Shown here one piece after another: positions 1 through 8,890 of a DNA stretch of 64,000 nt; position 1 is the first letter of the stretch, and every line of letters begins with the position of its first letter. The notes beneath the pieces were generated by a model, which saw nothing but the letters and a program-made list of their open reading frames with translations, searched no databases and had not been told where the DNA came from. The DNA comes from Vicinamibacterales bacterium (GTDB taxonomy: Bacteria; Acidobacteriota; Vicinamibacteria; Vicinamibacterales; JAKQTR01), in the NCBI GenBank assembly GCA_025456345.1, contig JALOKU010000001.1:248529-312528 (forward strand), written 5' to 3'. The translations under genes and the position numbers were made by a program.

Positions 1-1197
1 GGACGTGCCGACGAAGAACAGGGGCACCCAGGGGTAGCCCGGCACGCGATAGGGCCGCGCGGCGTCCGGCATCTTCCGGCGCAGCACGATCACGCTGGCG
101 CCGGCCAGGGCGAAGAAGATCCAGTCGGTGAAGACCACGTACGAAATCAGGTTTTCGAACGTGCCCCAGAACAGCACCAGCACCGCCGCCCACACCGACT
201 GGAGCATGATCGAGAATGCCGGCGTCCCGAAACGCGGATGGATCCCGGCGACCCTCCGGAAGAACACCCCGTCGGCGGCCATCGCATAGTAGATCCGCGG
301 CGCCGTGAGCGTGTAGATCCCGATGACGCCGAACGTCGAGATGACGATGGCGAGCGAGATCAGGCTGCCCCCGACCGGGCCGAGCACCGTGCGCACGGCG
401 TCGGCGGCCACGCGGGGCGACGCCGCCATCTGGGCCGGCGTCAGCATGAACATGTACGCCAGGTTGGCCAGCAGGTAGATGGCGGTGACGGCCGCCGTGC
501 CGAGGATCATGGCGAGGGGCAGGGTCCGCTGGGGATTCCTGACTTCGGCGCTGGCGTAGGTGGCATGCTGCCAGCCGCCGTACGACCACAGGACGCCGAC
601 CATCCCGAGCGCCAGCGCACTCGACGCGCCGGAAGGCGCGCCGGCCAGCGTCAGCGAGAAGTCGGTGGTGCCCGAGGATCCCAAAGCGAGGCCGACGCCC
701 ACCAGGCCGGCGAGGCCCAGCAGTTTCAGCACGGTGAAAACGTTCGAGAACATCGCCCCGGCCTTCACGCCAACCACGTTGAGGCCGCTCAGGACGAGCA
801 GGCTGACAATGGCGACGGCCTTCGAGGCCGCCGGGCCGAGGGGGATGAAGAACCCGAGATACGTCGCAAACGCCACGGACAGCGCGCCCAGGCCGCCCGC
901 GTTGACCACCACGAAGTAGGCCCAGCCGAACAGGAAGCCCACGAGGCCGCCGTAGGCCCGCGTCAGGTAGACGTACTCGCCGCCGGCTTCGGGCAGCAGG
1001 GCCGCGGCCTCCGAGAAGGTGAGGGCGCCGGCCAGAGTAATCAGGCCGCCGAGCACCCAGACGGCCACGATCAGCCAGGGCGACCCCACGTCGCGCGCGA
1101 TGGTTGCGGGCGTCAGGAATATCCCCGACCCGATGCTGCCGCCGATGGCAATCATCGTCATGTCGAACAGCGTCAAGCTGCGCCTGAATCCGGCCAT
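1..1197 (-). CDS. APC-family amino acid permease (partial; C-terminus runs off the left edge)
   Basis: Absent from the ORF track because it has no in-window stop. My own reverse-strand translation from ATG at 1197 reads MAGFRRSLTLFDMTMIAIGGSIGSGIFLTPATIARDVGSPWLIVAVWVLGGLITLAGALTFSEAAALLPEAGGEYVYLTRAYGGLVGFLFGW... and stays open to position 1. It has a polytopic hydrophobic pattern and GSGIF / GGEY motifs typical of APC transporters. The 238..1425 plus-strand ORF is its antisense shadow. Confidence 0.85.
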   Translation of the reverse strand, partial: MAGFRRSLTLFDMTMIAIGGSIGSGIFLTPATIARDVGSPWLIVAVWVLGGLITLAGALTFSEAAALLPEAGGEYVYLTRAYGGLVGFLFGWAYFVVVNAGGLGALSVAFATYLGFFIPLGPAASKAVAIVSLLVLSGLNVVGVKAGAMFSNVFTVLKLLGLAGLVGVGLALGSSGTTDFSLTLAGAPSGASSALALGMVGVLWSYGGWQHATYASAEVRNPQRTLPLAMILGTAAVTAIYLLANLAYMFMLTPAQMAASPRVAADAVRTVLGPVGGSLISLAIVISTFGVIGIYTLTAPRIYYAMAADGVFFRRVAGIHPRFGTPAFSIMLQSVWAAVLVLFWGTFENLISYVVFTDWIFFALAGASVIVLRRKMPDAARPYRVPGYPWVPLFFVGTS

Positions 1198-1263
1198 GCC
1201 CGCTCCGCCCGGCCTATGCGCGCCGTCATAACGCGCGGCGCCCGCGTAGCGTACCATGCTGTC

Positions 1264-1425
1264 ATGGCTCTGAGAAACATCATCCGGATTGACGAAGCAC
1301 TCTGCGACGGCTGCGGCGAGTGCGTGCCGTCCTGCGCCGAGGGTGCCCTCCAGGTGATCGACGGCAAGGCGCGCCTGGTGAAGGTTGGCATCCGGGGAGC
1401 CATCCTGGCCGACAGCGAGGTCTGA
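1264..1425 (+). pseudogene. Remnant of a 4Fe-4S cluster-binding protein (N-terminal 53 codons only)
   Basis: ATG at 1264, in frame with ORF 238..1425. Translation: MALRNIIRIDEALCDGCGECVPSCAEGALQVIDGKARLV then KVGIRGAILADSEV-stop. It carries one CxxCxxCxxxC ferredoxin motif. The expected second cluster motif and the rest of the protein are missing. Confidence 0.35.
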
Positions 1426-1469
1426 CCGCGGATTTGCCGCGCTCCCGCCGTCTGGGCGACAATCAGGCC

Positions 1470-2474
1470 ATGCCCGATCAGATCTCGCTGTTCGAGGGCG
1501 ATGGCTCGGCCCCGAAGCGGGGCCGGCGCCAGTCGGCCTGGCCCGCGCCGGGCTCGGCGCTCGAGCAGCGCTACGAGCGGTACCGCGTGCTCGCGGCCAG
1601 CCTGCCGCCCGGGTTCCGGATGGGCACCAGTTCGTGGAGTTTCCCGGGCTGGCTCGGCATCGTGTACGCCCGCAAGCGCGCCACCTCGATGCTGGCCAAA
1701 GAGGGGCTCCACGAATACGCGCAGCACCCGCTGCTCAGGACCGTCGGCATCGACCGCAGCTTTTACGCGCCGATCCCGGACGAGGACCTGCTGCGCTTCG
1801 CGGACCAGCTGGGTGACCGGTTCCCGTGCTGCGCGAAGGCGCCGGCCGCCGTCACCTCGGAGGGCATCCCGGGCCTGAACCGGCATCACCCGAATCCCGA
1901 CTTCCTGTCGGCACCGCGGTTCATCGCCGAGATGCTCGAGCCCTTCGCGCGCAGCTTCGCACGGCACACCGGGCCGTTCATCCTGCAGTTTCCCCCGCCC
2001 GTCGATCGCAAGGCGACCAACGCTGACGCGTTCATCGAGAAGCTCGACGCGTTCCTCGAGCAGGTGCCGCGCGACTACCGCTACGCGGTCGAGATCCGCG
2101 ACAAGTGGGCACTCAGCGGCCCGTACCGGGACGTGCTCGCGCGCCACGGCGCGGCCCACGTCTACAACTACTGGTCGGCGATGCCGATGCCCGGCGCGCA
2201 GGCCAGGACGATGCCTCCAGAAGACCAGCCCTTCGTCATGGTGCGACTGCTGCTGAGGCCCGGGAAGTGGTACGAGAACCAGAAGCAGGTGTTCGCCCCG
2301 TTCGACAAGCTGGTCGAGCCCGACGACGACATGCGCCGCGACGTCCTCGACATCGTCCACCGCGCCTCGGTCGCGGGCCGCGAGGCGTACCTGCTCGTGA
2401 ACAACAAGGCGGAGGGCTCCGCGCCGCTCACCATCGAGGCGCTGGCCGAGCGCTACGTGGCCGAGCATCACTGA
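1470..2474 (+). CDS. DUF72 (YecE-like) family protein
   Basis: Frame of ORF 1320..2474, with ATG at 1470 (MPDQISLFEG...). The segments GTSSWSFPGWLGIVYA, FILQFPPP and YAVEIRD, plus a length of about 335 aa, fit my memory of DUF72. Confidence 0.8.
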   Translation: MPDQISLFEGDGSAPKRGRRQSAWPAPGSALEQRYERYRVLAASLPPGFRMGTSSWSFPGWLGIVYARKRATSMLAKEGLHEYAQHPLLRTVGIDRSFYAPIPDEDLLRFADQLGDRFPCCAKAPAAVTSEGIPGLNRHHPNPDFLSAPRFIAEMLEPFARSFARHTGPFILQFPPPVDRKATNADAFIEKLDAFLEQVPRDYRYAVEIRDKWALSGPYRDVLARHGAAHVYNYWSAMPMPGAQARTMPPEDQPFVMVRLLLRPGKWYENQKQVFAPFDKLVEPDDDMRRDVLDIVHRASVAGREAYLLVNNKAEGSAPLTIEALAERYVAEHH

Positions 2475-2511
2475 CGCCGGAGCGTCGTACCGGGGGGCGG
2501 AGCGCCCACGC

Positions 2512-2997
2512 ATGTCACCTGAAGAAACGGCCGTTTGCGAGAGTCTCGAGGCGCTCGGCATCCCGTTTGAGCGTCACCAGCACCCGGCGGTCTTCACCGT
2601 CGAGCAGGCGCTCGAGCACTGGGCCGGCATCGACGCCGTCCACTGCAAGAACCTGTTCCTCCGCAACAAGAAGGGAGACCGGCATTTCCTGGTGGTGGCG
2701 GCCCACACGACGGCCATCGACATCGCGGCGATGGCGGGCCGCATCGGCGAAGGCCGCCTCAGCTTCGCCTCGGCGGAGCGGCTGGCCGCGCACCTCGGGC
2801 TGACCCCTGGGGCGGTGTCGCCGTTCGGCCTGATCAACGATGCGTCTCGAAGCGTGCGGGTGCTGCTGGACGGCACGCTCCGGACGGCCGCCCGCGTCGG
2901 GTTCCACCCCAACGTCAATACCGCGACGGTGGTGCTGGCCTTCGCCGATTTCGAGCGGTTCCTCGCGGCCCGGGGCAACCCTGTCACCTACATCTAG
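2512..2997 (+). CDS. YbaK/ProX-type aminoacyl-tRNA editing deacylase
   Basis: 161 aa. Segments HCKNLFLRNKKGDRHFLVV, LGLTPGAVSPFGL and FHPNVNTATV are hallmark segments of the YbaK/ProX trans-editing domain. Confidence 0.85.
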   Translation: MSPEETAVCESLEALGIPFERHQHPAVFTVEQALEHWAGIDAVHCKNLFLRNKKGDRHFLVVAAHTTAIDIAAMAGRIGEGRLSFASAERLAAHLGLTPGAVSPFGLINDASRSVRVLLDGTLRTAARVGFHPNVNTATVVLAFADFERFLAARGNPVTYI

Positions 2998-3146
2998 ACC
3001 AGGCGGGAGGACACCGTACCCTCGAGGGGTGACGGCCGGAGGCACGAGGCTGGCCTGAACCCCGGGAATTCCCAGGAAACAGCGCGCCGGCCCGAGGCAC
3101 CGTCATTGCATTCAATCCTGACGCCGGCGTCCAGGAGGGGTGTGCT

Positions 3147-4007
3147 ATGAGGAGGGAAGTTTCCGCGGGTCTCATTGTCGCGGCCTGCTTCTTCGCGCTG
3201 TCGTGGGCCGCTCCATCCGCCGCCCAGCCCCGGGGCCCATGGCCCGCTCCCGTCCACCGGCCGGTCTACCGTCCGCCCTTCCCGGCGGGCGTCTACTACG
3301 GCCCCTACTTCGGGCCGTACTTCTACAATCCCTGGTTCTACTCCAGCTTCTGGGGGTATCCGCCCTTCGGCTATGGCTACCCGTACTACTGGGGCGCGGT
3401 GGGTGCCAACCTCAAGGTCCAGGTGCAGCCGAAGAGCGCGGAGGTCTATGTGGACGGCCACCTCGCCGGCATCGTCGACCAGTTCGACGGCATGTTCCAG
3501 AACCTCGTGGTGGACCCCGGAGGTCACGAGATCACGGTCTACCTCGAGGGCTACAAGAGCATCGTCCAGCGGATGTACCTGAGTGCCGGGTTGAGCTACA
3601 AGATCAAGGGCACGATGGAGAAGCTGGCGGCGGGCGAACCGAACGAACCACGGCCGGTCCCCGCGCCCGAGCCTGCGGCGGCCCAAGACCGGTATCCGGA
3701 CCCCCAGCCCGCCTGGCCTCCGGCCTCGCCTCCAACCGGCGCGCCACCGGCTCAGGCGTATCCGCCGCTGAGCCCCGACTCCCGCCTCGGCCAGGTCGCC
3801 ATCCGCGTACAGCCTGCGGACGCTGAGGTCACCATCGACGGCGAGCCCTGGAGGAGCCCGCAGGGGGCCGAGCGCCTCGTCGTGCATCTTGCTGCCGGCA
3901 CCCACCGCGTCGAGATCCGAAAGGACGGGTTCGACGCGTTCGTCACGGCGATTGAGATCAGGAAGGGCGAGGTGACGGTGCTCAACGTCAGCCTGGCGAA
4001 GCTGTAG
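3147..4007 (+). CDS. Secreted PEGA-domain protein with an aromatic/Pro/Gly-rich segment
   Basis: AGGAGGGG RBS 6 nt upstream of the ATG. N-terminal signal peptide (GLIVAACFFALSWAAPSAAQ). Two PEGA-like units (LKVQVQPKSAEVYVDGHLAG...; VAIRVQPADAEVTIDGEPW...). Confidence 0.8.
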   Translation: MRREVSAGLIVAACFFALSWAAPSAAQPRGPWPAPVHRPVYRPPFPAGVYYGPYFGPYFYNPWFYSSFWGYPPFGYGYPYYWGAVGANLKVQVQPKSAEVYVDGHLAGIVDQFDGMFQNLVVDPGGHEITVYLEGYKSIVQRMYLSAGLSYKIKGTMEKLAAGEPNEPRPVPAPEPAAAQDRYPDPQPAWPPASPPTGAPPAQAYPPLSPDSRLGQVAIRVQPADAEVTIDGEPWRSPQGAERLVVHLAAGTHRVEIRKDGFDAFVTAIEIRKGEVTVLNVSLAKL

Positions 4008-4035
4008 ACGCGGGCAGGGAGAGAGGACGTCGGGA

Positions 4036-5673
4036 TCAGGCGTGCACGCCGGGCGCCTCGTGCCCGGTGCGCGCGACGTACTCGACGTATGACCCCGGGT
4101 ACAGGTGCGGGTGCGTGTCGTGCCCGCTCTCGCCGCCGAGTTCGAGCACGCGGTTGCTGAGGCCGCGCAGGAACATGCGGTCGTGCGAGACAAAGAGCAT
4201 CGTGCCCTCGAAGTCGCGAAGCGCCTCGACCAGCATCTCCTTCGTCGCGAGGTCCAGGTGGTTGGTGGGCTCGTCGAGCACGAGGAAGTTGGGCGGGTCC
4301 AGCAGCATGCGGGCCATGGCCAGCCGCGTCTTCTCGCCCCCCGACAGCGACCGGATCTTCTTCTCCACGTCATCGCCTGAGAACTGGAAGGCCCCGGCCA
4401 GATTGCGCAGGGTGCCGATGGACTCCCGGGGGAAGTCCCGCTCGAGCTGTTCGGCGACGGTCAGGCCGGAGTCCAGCAGGTCCAGCGCCTGCTGCGCGAA
4501 GTAGCCCATCTTGAGGCTGGCGCCGAGGCGGATCTCGCCGGCGTCCGGCGCGAGGGCCCCGGCCACCATCCGGAGCAGCGTCGTCTTGCCGGCGCCGTTG
4601 CGGCCCATCACGCACCATCGCTCGCCGCGCCGGACCGTCATCGACAGGCCGTCGTACACGACGTGGCGTCCGTAGGCCTTGGAGACACCCTCAAGGACCG
4701 CGACCTGTTCGCCCGAGCGCGCCGGCTGCCGGAAATCGAACGCCACCACCCGGCGCTTCTTCGGCAACTCGATCTTCTCGATCTTGTCGAGGGCCTTCAC
4801 CCGGCTCTGCACCTGCGCGGCCTTGGCCGCGTGGGCCGAGAACCGCTCGATGAACCGCCGCTCCTTGGCCAGCATGGCCTGCTGGCGCGCGTACGCGGCC
4901 TCGCGGTTGGCGTCCCGGATGCCGCGCTCGCGCTCGTAGAAGTCGTAGTTGCCGGTATAGACCGTGATCTCGCCGTCGTCGATCTCCGCGATTTTCGACG
5001 CGACGCGGTTCATGAACTCGCGGTCGTGGGAGGTCATCAGCAGAGCGCCGGACCGGCCCTTCAGGAACTGCTCGAGCCAGATGATCGACTCGATGTCGAG
5101 GTGGTTCGTCGGCTCGTCCATCAGCAGCACGTCGGGATTGCCGAGCAGCACGCGGGCCATGGCGACGCGCATCTTCCAGCCGCCCGACAGCGCGCCGACG
5201 TCGCCGTCGATGCGATCGTCGTCGAACCCCAGGCCGTGCAGCACCTCGCGGGCCTGCGCTTCGAGCGCGTAGCCGCCGAGGTGGTCGTATTCCTCCTGCA
5301 CCTCACCGAACCGCGCAAGGATGCGATCCATGTCGCCGGCCCGCGCCGGGTCGGCCATCGCGTGCTGCAGGTCTTCGAGTTCGTGATGGAGCGATCCCGC
5401 GCGCCCGCTGCCGGCGATCGCCTCGTCGAGCACCGAACGCCCGGCCATTTCTTCGGCGTCCTGGCGGAAGTACCCGATCGTGAGCTTCTTCGGGACGCTG
5501 ATCTCGCCCTCGTCCGGTTCTTCGTCGCCGGTGATCATGCGAAACAGCGTCGTCTTGCCGGACCCGTTGGGGCCGACGAGGCCGACTTTTTCGCCGGGGT
5601 TGAGCTGGAAGGAGGCTTCGACAAAGAGCAGCTGCCGGCCGTACTGCTTCGAGACGGAACTGAAAGCAATCAT
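4036..5673 (-). CDS. ABC-F family ATPase (two ABC cassettes, no membrane domain)
   Basis: 545 aa. Walker A motifs GPNGSGKTT and GRNGAGKTT, ABC signatures LSGGWKMR and LSGGEKTR, Walker B motifs LLMDEPTNHLD and LVLDEPTNHLD, and an inter-cassette linker. Confidence 0.95.
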   Translation of the reverse strand: MIAFSSVSKQYGRQLLFVEASFQLNPGEKVGLVGPNGSGKTTLFRMITGDEEPDEGEISVPKKLTIGYFRQDAEEMAGRSVLDEAIAGSGRAGSLHHELEDLQHAMADPARAGDMDRILARFGEVQEEYDHLGGYALEAQAREVLHGLGFDDDRIDGDVGALSGGWKMRVAMARVLLGNPDVLLMDEPTNHLDIESIIWLEQFLKGRSGALLMTSHDREFMNRVASKIAEIDDGEITVYTGNYDFYERERGIRDANREAAYARQQAMLAKERRFIERFSAHAAKAAQVQSRVKALDKIEKIELPKKRRVVAFDFRQPARSGEQVAVLEGVSKAYGRHVVYDGLSMTVRRGERWCVMGRNGAGKTTLLRMVAGALAPDAGEIRLGASLKMGYFAQQALDLLDSGLTVAEQLERDFPRESIGTLRNLAGAFQFSGDDVEKKIRSLSGGEKTRLAMARMLLDPPNFLVLDEPTNHLDLATKEMLVEALRDFEGTMLFVSHDRMFLRGLSNRVLELGGESGHDTHPHLYPGSYVEYVARTGHEAPGVHA

Positions 5674-5719
5674 GCGGATTGTTCAAGCGTATCACAAAGG
5701 ATACAAGGCACTTACGCTC

Positions 5720-5748
5720 TTGACCCAGCCGGATGCCGAGCGTAGGCT
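5720..5748 (+). promoter_or_regulatory. Candidate sigma70-type promoter upstream of the kinase gene
   Basis: TTGACC (5720-5725), 17-nt spacer, TAGGCT (5743-5748), about 36 nt upstream of ATG 5784. This is a sequence match only. Confidence 0.3.
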
Positions 5749-5783
5749 TGGCCCGTCGCTCCGGAACCTGGAGGGTCCCGCCC

Positions 5784-8480
5784 ATGCCTGCCGCCGTTGG
5801 CGCGCGTTTCGGGCACTACGAACTCCTTTCCCGTATCGGTGCGGGAGGGATGGGCGAGGTCTTCCGCGCCCGCGATCTCGATCTGGAGCGCGACGTCGCC
5901 ATCAAGTTCCTGCCTGCGGCGTACGCCACAGACGCCGATCGGCTGGCGAGGTTTGCCCAGGAGGCCCGCGCCGCCTCGGCGTTGAACCACCCCAATATCG
6001 TCACCATCCACGAGATCGGCCAGGCGTTCGGCCAGCCGTACATCGTGATGGAGTTGGTCGAGGGCCTCACCCTGCACGACATGATCGGCCGGGGCCGGAT
6101 CGAGCCGAAGCGGGCGATCGGCCTGGCCGCGCAGATCGCCGAGGGCCTCTCCAAGGCCCATGGCGCGGGCATCGTGCACCGCGATCTCAAGCCCGACAAC
6201 GTCATGGTGACCCGCGACGGGTTCGCCAAGGTCCTCGACTTCGGCCTCGCGAAGCTGCGCCTGGATCGGGACTTTCCGCGCACGCCGAAGCAGGCCTCGG
6301 ACGGCGACGACACGCGCGTCGGGCCGGCGACGGCCCTCGGGGCCATCCTCGGGACCGTCGGCTACATGTCGCCCGAGCAGGCGGCCGGACAGCCGGCCGT
6401 CGCGCAGTCCGACCAGTTCTCCCTTGGCGCGATCGTGTACGAGCTGGCCACCGGGCAGCGGGCCTTCGCGCGCCAGACCTCGGTCCAGACGCTCTCGGCC
6501 ATCCTCGAGAGCGAGCCGACGCCGCTGCAGGAGCTGAATCCCACGTTCCCCGCAACCGCGCGGTGGATCGTGGAGCGCTGCCTGGCCAAGCGCCCCGAGA
6601 ACCGCTACGCGTCGACCGGCGACCTCGCCCACGACCTGCGGGACGTGCGGGACCACTTCAGCGAAGTGACCACCGGGATGCGGACGAGCGCCATCCGGAA
6701 GTGGGCGGCCAGCCCCCGTGTCCGGCGTCGCGGGTTGATTGGCGCCACCGTCGTGCTCACGCTGTTCGGGTTGCTGGCGGTGCCGGCGGTGAACGATTTC
6801 CTCAGGTCGACGTTTGGATTCAGCCGGATCCCCGACGAGAAGCGCGTCGCGGTGATGCCCATCGAGTGCCTCGGCGGCACCGAGGAATACCGCGATTCCT
6901 GCAAGGGCATGCTGGATTTCATCGTCAGCAAGCTGGGCGAGCAGGACCGGTTCCAGGGCAGCGGCGGCATCTCGGTCGTGCCCGCCGTCGATATCCGCCA
7001 GGGAGGGCCATTGACGGTCGATGCCGTCCGGAAGCGCTTCGACGCCGGACTGGCGGTCGCCGTGACGTCTACCGGCACCAGCGGGCGCGTCACCTACGCC
7101 GTGAGCGTGATCGACACGGCGCTGCACAAGCAGCTCCGTTCCGCCCAGGGGAGCCTGGTGGAGGGGGAAGGCACCCTGCTCGACAGAATCGTCAAGGAGA
7201 TCGTCGAATTGCTCGACCTTGCGATGACCGACGATGCGCAGGCGGCCCTGCGGGCAGGGGGCACCAACTCGGCAGAAGCGGCCTCGCTCTACGCGCAGGG
7301 TCTGCAGTCTCTGCCGATCCAGGCCGGCCGCTCCGCCCTCGAACGCCAGGACCAGGAGCGCAGCCTGGAGCAGGCCATCGCGCTCTTCACCCGGGCTGTC
7401 GAAATCGACCCGGGCTACGCCTACGCGCATGCCAGCCTGGCCGAGGCGTACCTCCGCCTGTTCAGGCTGAATCGGAACCTCGAGTACTTCAAGCTGGCGG
7501 AGGCCCACTGCCAGCGAGCGCTGAAGCTGGACGAACTGGTCGGGCAGGCGTGGCAGACCCTCGGGAACATCCACACGGAGGTCGGCCGCGCCGACGAGGC
7601 ACTGGGCGATCTGGCGAAGGCGCAGGCGCGGATGCCTCGCAGTCCCGAGGTGCTTCGGGACCTGGCCGGGGCCTATACGCGGCTCGGCCGCAAGGATGAG
7701 GCGGAGGCGCAGTTCAAGAAGGCGATCGCGTTGCGCCCCGACTCCTGGTCGCTCTACTGGTACTACGGCGGCTTCCTGTACCGGCAGAACCGCTACAAGG
7801 AGGCAGAAGCCGCCTTCACGCTGGCGCTGGCTCGGGTGCCGGACAACGCGCGGCTCTGGTCGAGCCTGGGCGGCACGCGGATCGCGCTGGGCCGCACGGA
7901 AGACGCCCGGACCGCGCTCGAGCGGTCGATCGAGCTTCAACCGATCGCGTCGGCGGCGTCCAATCTCGGGACGATCTACTACCAGCGTCGCGACTACCCT
8001 GCGGCGGTGGTGAACTACGAGAAAGCGACCGCCCTCAGCCCGCGCGACTACCGGATGTGGCGGAACCTCGCGGCCGGGTACGACAAGGCGCCCGGCCAGC
8101 GCGACCGCGCGGCCGAGGCGTACCGGAAGGCCCTCGACCTGGCCGAACAGGAGCGCGTCCTCGACCCGAATGACGGGCGGCTCGTCATCGAGATGGCCGA
8201 CAGCGCGGGCATGCTTGGCGACAAGCCGAGGGCGTTGGCGCTCACGGCGGAGGCGATCACGCTGGCGCCCGAGCAGAGCGAAGTCCAGTACATGGCCGCC
8301 GACATCTACGAGACGCTCGGCGACCGCGCATCGGCGCTCCAGTGCCTCGCGCGGGCCCTGCGCGCCGGCTACCAGCGGACGCTCCTCGAGACTTCGCCCA
8401 GTTTCGCAAGCCTCCGGGCCGATCCGCGCTACAAGAAACTGATCGCTTCACTGCCGGCAGAGCCGGCGAAGAGACCTTAG
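5784..8480 (+). CDS. Ser/Thr protein kinase with one TM helix and a C-terminal TPR region
   Basis: GGAGGG RBS upstream of ATG 5784 (internal Met of ORF 5733..8480). Hanks motifs GAGGMGEVF, VAIKFL, HRDLKPDNV, DFGLAK and GTVGYMSPEQ. TM helix LIGATVVLTLFGLLAVPAV. Multiple TPR-like repeats extend to the C-terminus. Confidence 0.9.
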   Translation: MPAAVGARFGHYELLSRIGAGGMGEVFRARDLDLERDVAIKFLPAAYATDADRLARFAQEARAASALNHPNIVTIHEIGQAFGQPYIVMELVEGLTLHDMIGRGRIEPKRAIGLAAQIAEGLSKAHGAGIVHRDLKPDNVMVTRDGFAKVLDFGLAKLRLDRDFPRTPKQASDGDDTRVGPATALGAILGTVGYMSPEQAAGQPAVAQSDQFSLGAIVYELATGQRAFARQTSVQTLSAILESEPTPLQELNPTFPATARWIVERCLAKRPENRYASTGDLAHDLRDVRDHFSEVTTGMRTSAIRKWAASPRVRRRGLIGATVVLTLFGLLAVPAVNDFLRSTFGFSRIPDEKRVAVMPIECLGGTEEYRDSCKGMLDFIVSKLGEQDRFQGSGGISVVPAVDIRQGGPLTVDAVRKRFDAGLAVAVTSTGTSGRVTYAVSVIDTALHKQLRSAQGSLVEGEGTLLDRIVKEIVELLDLAMTDDAQAALRAGGTNSAEAASLYAQGLQSLPIQAGRSALERQDQERSLEQAIALFTRAVEIDPGYAYAHASLAEAYLRLFRLNRNLEYFKLAEAHCQRALKLDELVGQAWQTLGNIHTEVGRADEALGDLAKAQARMPRSPEVLRDLAGAYTRLGRKDEAEAQFKKAIALRPDSWSLYWYYGGFLYRQNRYKEAEAAFTLALARVPDNARLWSSLGGTRIALGRTEDARTALERSIELQPIASAASNLGTIYYQRRDYPAAVVNYEKATALSPRDYRMWRNLAAGYDKAPGQRDRAAEAYRKALDLAEQERVLDPNDGRLVIEMADSAGMLGDKPRALALTAEAITLAPEQSEVQYMAADIYETLGDRASALQCLARALRAGYQRTLLETSPSFASLRADPRYKKLIASLPAEPAKRP

Positions 8481-8505
8481 TACGGCGGCATCACGGAGGT
8501 ACTTC

Positions 8506-8880
8506 ATGGAGCTAGCGTTCGTGAAGGTGGGTCCGAAAGTGCGCGGCAGCCGATTCCACTTGGGTGTAGCGCACGCGAAGATCTACAAGGTCGACGGCGA
8601 GTATCGGGTGACGACTCCTGCTGAAGTGAACGGCCGGGAGAAGGAGTTCAGGATCCTGAACATGACGTCCGAGCCAGCAAGGGTCACGCTGTCGGAGGAC
8701 ATTGTCGGCCGCGGCGCCGGTCTTATCACCGTCCCCGGAGAGGGCATGATAACGATTCCGATCGCCAAGGGCGCTTGGGGAGTGCGGTCATACTCGGTGG
8801 CCATGGATACGCTTGGGGGATTCGTCACGGCCCACGGCAACTCCGACCCCGTCATCATCATCGACCCGCCAGCCAACTAG
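8506..8880 (+). CDS. Small hypothetical protein (124 aa, beta-rich), downstream partner of the kinase-TPR gene
   Basis: GGAGG RBS 7 nt upstream of the ATG. Starts 25 nt after the kinase stop on the same strand. Third-position GC is visibly lower than in its neighbours. I recognise no family. It ends ...YSVAMDTLGGFVTAHGNSDPVIIIDPPAN. Confidence 0.6.
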   Translation: MELAFVKVGPKVRGSRFHLGVAHAKIYKVDGEYRVTTPAEVNGREKEFRILNMTSEPARVTLSEDIVGRGAGLITVPGEGMITIPIAKGAWGVRSYSVAMDTLGGFVTAHGNSDPVIIIDPPAN

Positions 8881-8890
8881 GTTTTCGCTC

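Noticed and set aside
238-1263. Upstream 342 codons of the 395-aa plus-strand ORF 238..1425
   Set aside because: It is antisense to the APC permease, which I could translate continuously from 1197 to 1. Only the last 53 codons (1264..1425), which lie outside the permease, look like real protein (ferredoxin motif).
5480-7940. Two long ORFs (5480..7699 plus, 739 aa; 5712..7940 minus, 742 aa) overlapping the first kinase gene
   Set aside because: These are alternative-frame and antisense shadows. Only the 5784..8480 frame shows the Hanks kinase motif series and TPR repeats.
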